Part shown: piece by piece, positions 27,483 to 35,339 of the stretch
Numbering within the stretch: position 1 is the first letter of the stretch
How the letters are laid out: each line of letters begins with the position of its first letter
Assembly: GCA_963836235.1 (NCBI GenBank)
Contig: CAWIIP010000005.1
Location: forward strand, 256,001 to 320,000
Reading direction: 5' to 3'
Length of the DNA stretch: 64,000 nt
Source: an uncultured Pseudomonadota bacterium
GTDB lineage: Bacteria > Oederibacteriota > Muellerivitia > Muellerivitales > Muellerivitaceae
Translations under genes and position numbers: made by a program
Notes under the pieces: model-generated
What the model was told of the DNA's origin: nothing
Databases searched by the model: none
The model's input: the letters and a program-made list of their open reading frames with translations, nothing else

Positions 27483-29744
27483 CTATTCCAAAACCAACAT
27501 CTTCCCGGTGGATTTTCCCTGTTCCGTGAGGACCACCAGGTAATAAACCCCGCCGGCCAGAGGATGGCCCCAATGGTCGGTGAGCGTCACGGAAAGTGGA
27601 GTGCCGGAAGGCACGTTTGGGAAAGTCTCTTTCTTCACCAGCCGAAAGGCCACCGTGAATATTTCCACCGTCACTTGGGAGGAACCCGGATAGGCCGAAG
27701 GCACCACATTGACCGGGCCCCCGGAGGTGGGGTTGGGGTAGATCGCGACCTTCGAGTTGTTCGGCGGGGTGGAAGTGAGAGAGCTCGTTGAACTCATGGT
27801 CCCCAGGGCGGTGGGCGCGGGAGTCGCGGTAGAGACGGAAGTCACCGTGGGTGTCACGGAAGAGGTGCTGGACGGCGCCGGGGTCGCTGTCCCGGAGGCG
27901 CTGGCCGTTACGGAAGGCGTGGGGCTGTTCGTGGGGATTCCGGTCGCCGTCAAGGTGGGCGGCAAGGTTCCCGTAGGGCCGAGGGTGAGGGTCAAGGTTT
28001 CTCTATTGGTGGGGCTGAAGCTGGGTGTGCTGGTAGATGTCGCTGAGGCGGTCCATGTCGGGGAAGCGGTGACGCTGTCCGTCGGGCTATTCGAAGCGGT
28101 GGGCGACGGTGAACTGGTCGAACTGGCGGAAGGGCTGTTCGTCACGGTCATCGCCGGGGTCGAGGTCGCGCTTTGGGTTATCGTGGAAGTCGAAGAAGCC
28201 GTCGGAGTCAAGGAGGGGGTGGGAGTGAGTGAAACAGTGCTACTGGGCGTTACCGTGGCCGAGTCGGTCGCCGTTGAGGTGGGCGGCAAGGTGCCTGTGG
28301 GACTGTTGGTTGGGGTACCGGTGAGGGTCGGAGTCACGGTACCGCTGCTGGTGGGGCTAAGGGTCGCCGTTCCCGTGGAAGTTACGGTGGCGGTCGCCGT
28401 CGGGGTTCGGGTGGGCGTTGGACTCGGGCTGGAGGTGGGCGAACTGGCCGTCAAGCTTGCGGTTCCCGTGCTGGTGGGGGAAAGGGTCGGGCTGTTGGTT
28501 AAGGTCGGGGTAGGGGTAGATGAAGGTGAGCCCGTCGCGCTCGCCGTAACGGTTTTCGTGGCGGTGGATGTGGAAGTGGGTGTCGGGCTGTTCGAAGCGG
28601 TCCCGGTCGGGCTTCCGGTGGGGGTCGGACACGAAGTTCCGCTGGCCGTGAAAGAAGGAGTGGATGTCAAGCTGTTCGTCGGGGTGCCGGTGGGACTGCC
28701 CGTGGCGGTTTTCGTGGGGCTCGAACTCGGCGTGGCGCTGGAGCTGGGTGTGAAAGTGAGTGTGAAATTCGCAGTCTTTGTCGGGGTGAAGGACGGCGTG
28801 ACACTGGCGGTCGAGGTGGGTGACGGTGAGCTTGTCGAACCCGCGGTGGAACTGGAAGTAAATGTGGGCGTGACCGTTGCGGTGTTGCCGGGGGTGGAGG
28901 TGGGCACGACGGTGCAGCCGCTGTTGACGGCCACCGAGAAAGAGTTGCTGACGAAAGGCACGCCCCCCGTCCTCAGCTCGTCCCCTGCCTCGACCGCGGC
29001 CAGGTACCAGGTATTTTGGATGAAGCCCCGGGAAAGGGCGTCGTTAAAGAAGGACATGAGGTTCAAGTCGCTCACCGAGGAGACATTGGAGGTGATTTGG
29101 TAGGACATATAGGTCCAGCCCAGGGTGGAGGAAGGGGTTTCGTAAAGGTTCCAGGTAAGGCCACAGAGGGAGATTCCGGTGGCCACGGTGACCGAGGCCG
29201 TGGGCAGGGGCGTGTTGCCCACGTAGTTCAGCCAAATCATCAGTTCCGCGCCGCCGGCGAAACCGCCGCTGTCGCTGGCGCAGGTGCTTTGGGAAGTGGA
29301 GCTGAACCAGATGTCATAGGCGATGTCGTAGGAATCCCCCGTGGTGGTCGCCGGGGCCGAGAAATTCCAGCTGGAGGTGACGCAGGTAAGGCTGCTTTCC
29401 AGCATGGGAAGGTTGCTGCCGGGACTGGCGGTGCCGAAGTGGCAGCCGTAATAAATGGAAGGGTAGCTGGCCACGGATGGCGCGCAGGTGAATGTGGCCT
29501 CGGTGACGCCAAAGGCCCCAGTGGCGTTGTTGATGGTCACGCATTGGGTGCCTGCGCAGGCTCCCTGGTTCCAGTAATTGGTCTGCACATTGTAAGCGGG
29601 GGAGCCGGTGGTGCTGATCGTATCGTATTGGGCGCAGGTGGCGGTGGTTTGGGCGGCGGCGGGGGAAAACCAAAGCAACATCGGGAGAAAAAAGAAAACC
29701 CTCCCCAGCGCTGGGAGGGTAAAGGACGGAAGCATGGGCTTCAA
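27483..29744 (-). CDS. Secreted GH12 endoglucanase with long Ser/Thr/Pro linker and T9SS/FlgD-like C-terminal domain
   Basis: Signal peptide; VQTNYW, SYPSIYYGCH, YDIAYDIW, GAELMIWL, VEAGDE; C-terminal IYPNP...IFT...LVK...GVYY...KMLVL. Confidence 0.9.
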   Translation of the reverse strand: MKPMLPSFTLPALGRVFFFLPMLLWFSPAAAQTTATCAQYDTISTTGSPAYNVQTNYWNQGACAGTQCVTINNATGAFGVTEATFTCAPSVASYPSIYYGCHFGTASPGSNLPMLESSLTCVTSSWNFSAPATTTGDSYDIAYDIWFSSTSQSTCASDSGGFAGGAELMIWLNYVGNTPLPTASVTVATGISLCGLTWNLYETPSSTLGWTYMSYQITSNVSSVSDLNLMSFFNDALSRGFIQNTWYLAAVEAGDELRTGGVPFVSNSFSVAVNSGCTVVPTSTPGNTATVTPTFTSSSTAGSTSSPSPTSTASVTPSFTPTKTANFTLTFTPSSSATPSSSPTKTATGSPTGTPTNSLTSTPSFTASGTSCPTPTGSPTGTASNSPTPTSTSTATKTVTASATGSPSSTPTPTLTNSPTLSPTSTGTASLTASSPTSSPSPTPTRTPTATATVTSTGTATLSPTSSGTVTPTLTGTPTNSPTGTLPPTSTATDSATVTPSSTVSLTPTPSLTPTASSTSTITQSATSTPAMTVTNSPSASSTSSPSPTASNSPTDSVTASPTWTASATSTSTPSFSPTNRETLTLTLGPTGTLPPTLTATGIPTNSPTPSVTASASGTATPAPSSTSSVTPTVTSVSTATPAPTALGTMSSTSSLTSTPPNNSKVAIYPNPTSGGPVNVVPSAYPGSSQVTVEIFTVAFRLVKKETFPNVPSGTPLSVTLTDHWGHPLAGGVYYLVVLTEQGKSTGKMLVLE

Positions 29745-30164
29745 GGGGGAGGCCTTTCACGGCGCCAGGGATTTCAATTTTCAAACATCATATCGCTCCC
29801 TTCCCCTCCTTGCCACTTTGAACGCCTTTTTCCTCTTGCAAAAAAATTCAGCCAAATAAAAAAACCGAAACCGGTTCAAGAGGGATGCTGGAAGGTTAAA
29901 CCTGATTGGATTCAGTCTTTGGATCGAGTCCAGGGAAATGTTTTTTTGATTCGCCGTCCATGCGGGACGGAACCGTTCAATGATTCGGGAGAGGTGAGGG
30001 CGATACTTGTTTCGCGCCCCTTTGGACGGAATAACCAGAGGACAAAAGATCGATAATCTAGTAGCGGTTCATGTCCACAACGCAAAAAGGTAAACCTGCA
30101 TTCCACAAAAACCTTATCTTTTGTGTTATTTCTCAATTAAACCTTTTCAACGTATAATCTTGTC

Positions 30165-30899
30165 ATGAAATGCCCTGAATGCGACTTGGAACAGCACGAC
30201 AACGCAACCCTCTGCTCCGGATGCGGCTTGAGTTTCGAAATGTGGCGCAAGCATAATCCCGACCTAGCCAAAAGGCCGCCGGTTCCACCCAAAGAGATGG
30301 CCTTCCCGGCCTCGGAGGAGGAACCCACAGCCAAAGCCAATCCCGCCCCGGCGGAACCTCCCCCCGAACGCCCTGAAACTAAGGCCTCAAGTATAGAACC
30401 GGAGTTAGGAGAGAATCCTGGTGAGAAAAAAAATTTCCAATGGACTCCCCTTCTCGGGGCCGGCCTGGGCCTGGTCATCGCCCTGATCCTGACCGGAATT
30501 TACCTTGCCTACCTGGCCTTCAAGCCCATTCCAAATTCGGACGTCGAAAATGAACAGCCCACGGTCGTATCCATGACGGGGTCCTCTTCCACTCCCGATA
30601 ACGGATCCCCCCAGGCCTCAACTCCCACCCCCGAAATCACGCCGGTAGAACCGGCTCCCACCGCCGCCGACGGTTCTGATAGTTCCACCGATTCTACGGC
30701 TGCCGCGCCGGCCGTGGACACTCCAACCAACTCTTCCGATGTGTCTTCTGCCACAAACATGGGAACGGCATCGGCTTCTCTGGCAACCCCATCCCCCGCT
30801 GCCGCGGCACCCATGCGCCCGCCCGCCCCCTTCTCCAGCCCTGACCTTTTGGAATCCTCTCAACCCCTCCCCACCCCCACCGCGATCTCCCTTCCCTGA
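30165..30899 (+). CDS. Zinc-ribbon, single-TM protein with low-complexity periplasmic tail
   Basis: MKCPEC...CSGCG; TM helix; P/S/T-rich C-terminus. Confidence 0.75.
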   Translation: MKCPECDLEQHDNATLCSGCGLSFEMWRKHNPDLAKRPPVPPKEMAFPASEEEPTAKANPAPAEPPPERPETKASSIEPELGENPGEKKNFQWTPLLGAGLGLVIALILTGIYLAYLAFKPIPNSDVENEQPTVVSMTGSSSTPDNGSPQASTPTPEITPVEPAPTAADGSDSSTDSTAAAPAVDTPTNSSDVSSATNMGTASASLATPSPAAAAPMRPPAPFSSPDLLESSQPLPTPTAISLP

Positions 30900-30962
30900 C
30901 CCAATAACCGAGGGAATCTTCGACGGGTACGGGCCCTTTAAAAGTCTCCTTATTCTCCAAAT

Positions 30963-30997
30963 AAAAAACCCCCCGGCCATAAGGCAGGAGGGTTTTA
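30963..30997. terminator. Bidirectional terminator between convergent genes
   Basis: AAAAAACCCCCCGGCC-ATAA-GGCAGGAGGGTTTT. Confidence 0.6.
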
Positions 30998-31030
30998 GAA
31001 AACTATTCAAATCTGTTTAAGGGCTATTTT

Positions 31031-31594
31031 TCATTTTCCCTGGTGAATTAAAAGTTCCGTCCTGCGATTCTTGGCACGATTTTCAGGTGTATCGTTCGGG
31101 GCGACCGGATCTTGATCTCCCATACCACGGGCCGTAATGCGATCGGCCGAGACCCCGTCTTTAACCAGTTGCGTCTTCACGGCTTGGGCCCGACGTTTGG
31201 AAAGGCTCAAATTGCCTTCTTTGCTGCCGCTGTTGTCCGTATAACCCGTTACTGTTACGGTTTCATCCGGATATTGGTTCAGTTGATCCGCGATCTTGGC
31301 CAGGCTCTCCACCGCCGCCGGATTCAAGTCCGCCTTTCCTTTGGCGAAGGATAAATCCCCCTTGAGATTGACCTTGATGCCCTCGCTGGTTTGAGTGGTT
31401 TCCCCCACGCTAGCCAGGGCCTGGGCTTGCTGGTCCATGGCTTTTGAGGCGACGGTTTTGGATTTCGCCTCTGGAGTGGCGGTGGCTCCGGTATTTTCAG
31501 AAGAGCTGCTCGGCTTGATAAATAATCCCAAAACACAGCAACCATTCAAAGCAACAACCCCAGCCCCGAGCAACAGATATTTTAAAAACTTCAT
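31031..31594 (-). CDS. OmpA-family peptidoglycan-binding lipoprotein
   Basis: Lipobox LNGC; GYTDNSG...NLSLSKRRAQAV...NRRTE. Confidence 0.92.
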   Translation of the reverse strand: MKFLKYLLLGAGVVALNGCCVLGLFIKPSSSSENTGATATPEAKSKTVASKAMDQQAQALASVGETTQTSEGIKVNLKGDLSFAKGKADLNPAAVESLAKIADQLNQYPDETVTVTGYTDNSGSKEGNLSLSKRRAQAVKTQLVKDGVSADRITARGMGDQDPVAPNDTPENRAKNRRTELLIHQGK

Positions 31595-31798
31595 AATTTC
31601 TTTCTCCTTAAATTTTCCCGAAAAACAAAAACTGAAATTGTTTTCCATAGGTTACATTCCCGACTTGGCCGCTAAGGATACCGCAAAATCAGCCAGTCGG
31701 GTTCAATTTTTTTAGGAATAACCCGGAAAAGGTGGTGAGAAAATCGGTTAGGCTTAGAGAATTCCTTTTAAAATTGAACCCCACTCGCTCCTCGAATT

Positions 31799-33262
31799 TC
31801 ATTTCAGGTCTTGGGAACGATCGGACGAGATTTTTAACTCCGCCATGATGTCGGCGGTAGCCTGTGGGGCCTTGGCGGCGTCAAATACAATCTTAGATCC
31901 GAACCAGACGTGGTCTTCCAGCTCGATCACGTGATAGCCTCCTATCGGATTCTTGAAAGCGGCGATGATATCCTTCATTTGCGAAATGGGGCGCCCGTTC
32001 ACCTTCTTCACGATGAGGTTGGTCTGTTGGTCGTAACCGACATTGATGTCGTGCGGAAGCACGTGGCTGAGCAAAACCACTTCCTTGCGCTCTGGTGAGG
32101 GGAAACCGTGGAGAAAAAGGTCCTTGAGTTCCGGCTTGAAGTTTCCCCATTCCCCCGATCCGAAATAATTGGAGGTCAATGGGACAAAAACAAAACCCGC
32201 GTAGAGGAAATAAGTGGGATGGATGTTGTCAGGCCGATAGGCCACCAGCTTGGAGATGGCTTTGAGGGGCTCTTGAATTTTCATCGGCTGCCCATTCCGG
32301 AGGATATCCAGGGTCGTTTTCTCCCCTATCTGATAAAAGGTGAGGAGATAGGTCCAGTCGATCCTTTCGGACTTGGCCAGGGTAATGTCGCCCTCGTCGT
32401 CGATGGGCTGGCCGTCGACCGCGGTCAGAATATCCCCTTCCTGCAGGACGCCGTCGGCCGAACCGCCGTAAATGACTTTCGTAACGATGACCCCGGTTTT
32501 ATCCGGAGGCAGTTTGTCATAGGCCTGGAGGGATGGGTTTTCTAGGTTCTGGACTAAAACACCGCTATCGGGAAAACCACCGTAAGGACGCCCATCCTTT
32601 ATCCCTTTTAAAAACCGTTGAACCACATTGACAGGAATGATCGACCCCGTTTTATCGGGCACGTGCCAGGACTCGAAAGGAAGCCCGACAAATTTTCTAT
32701 TGCTGAACACCGCACAGCCGTCTTTTTTGGGATCGATCGGGTTATAGGTGATGAGGCCTGGCACGTAACGCAGGGCCTCAGTGGAATAGACCATGTCGAG
32801 TCCCGAGATCGTGTCCTCTTTGACGGAAATCTCGTCTCCGCCATGGATGATCACCTTATCTCCCGGGGAAGGCAGGTCGCCAAACTCCACGGGCTCGGCG
32901 TCCTTGAAGAAATCCTTGTCCTCCAGCGACAAGAGTGCCAAGTCCAAGTCATAGCCTATTTGCTCCACCTTCGCCACATACCGCTTCGTTTCGCCGAACT
33001 TCTGTACCTCGATGTAATTGGACTTGTCGGCGAAATGGGCGGTGGTGAGGATCCGCCCGCCCGGGATTACCACGCCGCATCCTTCGAGCTGAACCTGCGC
33101 TCCCGGTTTCCAGGGCTCGTAAAAATCCACGTTTTGGATGGTGGAGAAGACCTTCACCACTGATTTTTTAAAGTCCTTCTCCTTGTGCCAACGACAGGCG
33201 GGAAGAAAAAGGAGCCCGCAGAACAAAAGGGGCAAGGTGAATTTGGTTGTGGAATTTTTCAT
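31799..33262 (-). CDS. Deg/HtrA-like trypsin-PDZ-PDZ lipoprotein lacking the catalytic Ser
   Basis: Paralog of the neighbouring protease; LTTAH and DLALL retained but INPGNSGG replaced by IDPKKDGC; lipobox LPAC. Confidence 0.85.
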   Translation of the reverse strand: MKNSTTKFTLPLLFCGLLFLPACRWHKEKDFKKSVVKVFSTIQNVDFYEPWKPGAQVQLEGCGVVIPGGRILTTAHFADKSNYIEVQKFGETKRYVAKVEQIGYDLDLALLSLEDKDFFKDAEPVEFGDLPSPGDKVIIHGGDEISVKEDTISGLDMVYSTEALRYVPGLITYNPIDPKKDGCAVFSNRKFVGLPFESWHVPDKTGSIIPVNVVQRFLKGIKDGRPYGGFPDSGVLVQNLENPSLQAYDKLPPDKTGVIVTKVIYGGSADGVLQEGDILTAVDGQPIDDEGDITLAKSERIDWTYLLTFYQIGEKTTLDILRNGQPMKIQEPLKAISKLVAYRPDNIHPTYFLYAGFVFVPLTSNYFGSGEWGNFKPELKDLFLHGFPSPERKEVVLLSHVLPHDINVGYDQQTNLIVKKVNGRPISQMKDIIAAFKNPIGGYHVIELEDHVWFGSKIVFDAAKAPQATADIMAELKISSDRSQDLK

Positions 33263-34776
33263 GGAACGTTCCCCTTCAAATCCTGCGACCGGTCGGAGGG
33301 AATGTTGTTCTTGGCCAGTATGTCCAGGGTGGCTTGTGGGGCCTTAGCTGCGTCCAACACGATTTTAGTTCCCACCTCCACCGGATTATCGAACTCAATG
33401 ACATGGCGGCCGTCCTTGGGATTTTCAAAAGCCCGGATCAAATCCTTCATTTCCGTAATGGGAACCCCGTTGATCTTTTGGATGACCAGATTGGCGTATC
33501 GGGATCCGTAGCCCTTGTTGATCTCGTGGGAAAGAATATGGCTGAGGAGAATAACCTGTTTCCTATTTTCCGAAGGTAGTCCGTCGAAATAAAGGGGCAG
33601 GAACTCGGTTGGGGGTTCCTTGCTGATTTGCAGGTAATTGGAGTTGAGTGGGGTGAAGACCAGTCCGCCAAAAATGAAATAGGTCGGGTCGACGTCGTAT
33701 TTAACGAAAGGCACTAAACGGGCGTCCTCCTTCAGGGTGACGGAAACTTTAAGCGGCTTTTTATCCCGAAGGATTTTGAAAACCATTTGGTCCCCGATCT
33801 TATGAAGGCACAGGGGGTACTGGAAATTAAGCCTTTCGCCCTTGCGAAGGGGGATGGTGCCATTGTTGGCGATGGTAAACCCGTCGATCGACAAGAGAAC
33901 GTCGTTCTCCTGGAGCTTATCCCAGGCGGAGGAACGGTAAATCACTTGGGAGACGAGCAGGCCCGTCTGGTCCGGTTTCATTCCATAATAGGCCCGGAGA
34001 GCGTCGTTCTCCATGGGCTCGGCAAAAAGCCCCAGCGTGGGCACGGGGCTGTAATTTCCTTTTTTGACCTGTTTCAGGAATCGCTGGATAAGTTGGACGG
34101 GAACAATATAGCCGGTGTTTTGCGCGACGGCGGCGTTGTAGCCCTGAAAAGCCACCCCAACCAGTTTTTTATGGCTGAAGACGGGCCCGCCACTGTTGCC
34201 GGGATTGATGGCCGCGTCCGTTTGGATGCCCAGGAGGTTCCTCGTGGAGTGGCTATATTGGATGACCTCAATGCGGGAAACATTCCCGTCGGTAATGGAC
34301 AGATCTTCCCCGCCCAATGGATAGCCATAGACCGACACCTTGTCCTTCAGGAAGGGCAGCTTCCCGAATTTGACGGGCTTGGTGCCACGGAAGAATTTGG
34401 GGTCGTCCACCTTCAAGATGGCCAAGTCGCAATCGTGGGCGACATATATTTTTTTGGCCGTGTATTTTTTAGCGTCCCCGTCCTTGAGCACCTGGATGAA
34501 GATTTCGTTGGAGACGACATGGGCATTGGTCAGGATGCGGTGCCCCGAAATAATACAGCCGCTGCCGCTGACGTTCTCCTGGGGCCCCACCCTCCAAGGC
34601 TCGTAATAGTTGGGGTTCTGGATGGTCGTGAAAATTTTGACTAGGGATTGTCTCAAGGAATCTTCACCGGCAACGGCGTGGGGAAGTGGGAGAAGAATAG
34701 ACAGAACAAGAAGGAAAAGAGAAAGCCGACAGAGGGCGTAGGGGACGCGGGTCTTAGGATTCAATGGATTCTTCAC
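33259..34776 (-). CDS. Deg2/Deg9-like serine protease (trypsin + PDZ domains)
   Basis: LTNAHV, CDLAIL, DAAINPGNSGGP triad motifs; signal peptide; PTYFIFGGLVF. Confidence 0.92.
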   Translation of the reverse strand: MKNPLNPKTRVPYALCRLSLFLLVLSILLPLPHAVAGEDSLRQSLVKIFTTIQNPNYYEPWRVGPQENVSGSGCIISGHRILTNAHVVSNEIFIQVLKDGDAKKYTAKKIYVAHDCDLAILKVDDPKFFRGTKPVKFGKLPFLKDKVSVYGYPLGGEDLSITDGNVSRIEVIQYSHSTRNLLGIQTDAAINPGNSGGPVFSHKKLVGVAFQGYNAAVAQNTGYIVPVQLIQRFLKQVKKGNYSPVPTLGLFAEPMENDALRAYYGMKPDQTGLLVSQVIYRSSAWDKLQENDVLLSIDGFTIANNGTIPLRKGERLNFQYPLCLHKIGDQMVFKILRDKKPLKVSVTLKEDARLVPFVKYDVDPTYFIFGGLVFTPLNSNYLQISKEPPTEFLPLYFDGLPSENRKQVILLSHILSHEINKGYGSRYANLVIQKINGVPITEMKDLIRAFENPKDGRHVIEFDNPVEVGTKIVLDAAKAPQATLDILAKNNIPSDRSQDLKGNVP

Positions 34777-34877
34777 TTAATATGCGTCCTTATTGGATGA
34801 CACTTGCCAAGTTAAAGGGCGCCTAGTTTAACATGGGGCCATGGACCCGGCGGCAAAAAGCAGGCGCCCGCCGAAAC

Positions 34878-35306
34878 TCATCGCATCAAAATCAGTTCCG
34901 GAATGGCGTCGCTGTCCGCCCAAACCACCGCGTTTTGCTTATATTTCAGGGCCATTTCCTTAGCGGTTTCCAGCGTCACCCCCAAAACTAAAAAACTGGG
35001 TTCCGCTTTCCAGTGCCCGCTGGGGTCCCCCCCTACTCCCTCAAAGAAAGGCACTTTCATTTGGGTCAATTCGGTCTTCAAATGCTTGTGGGCCCGGATA
35101 TTGAGATTGCGATCGGTTTTCTGGCTGTAGGGGTTATAGGCCGTGATGTACATCGCGCTCTCACATCCCTTTTCTTGATAGAGCCGGGCTAATTCCGCGG
35201 ATTTTTTCCAGATGCGCAAAACAAAAGCCGGCGGCCCCGTCACCCGGTAATGGGCGGTATTGTAGGCATTGATCAGGGTCTTAGAAAGTTTGGTTTGAGC
35301 CGGCAT
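34878..35306 (-). CDS. DUF3293-family protein
   Basis: AYxxxxY, ITAYNPYS, WKAEPSF, YKQNAVV. Confidence 0.8.
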   Translation of the reverse strand: MPAQTKLSKTLINAYNTAHYRVTGPPAFVLRIWKKSAELARLYQEKGCESAMYITAYNPYSQKTDRNLNIRAHKHLKTELTQMKVPFFEGVGGDPSGHWKAEPSFLVLGVTLETAKEMALKYKQNAVVWADSDAIPELILMR

Positions 35307-35339
35307 AAATACCTCAATGATTTTTTGAACGTTATTGGC

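Noticed and set aside
27757-29103. Long Val/Gly-rich ORFs (also 4191-4670 and 19359-20285)
   Set aside because: Antisense shadows of Thr/Pro/Ser linker codons in real genes on the opposite strand.
29750-30160. Possible regulatory RNA upstream of the GH12 gene
   Set aside because: No identifiable riboswitch consensus; overlapping short ORFs lack coding signatures.
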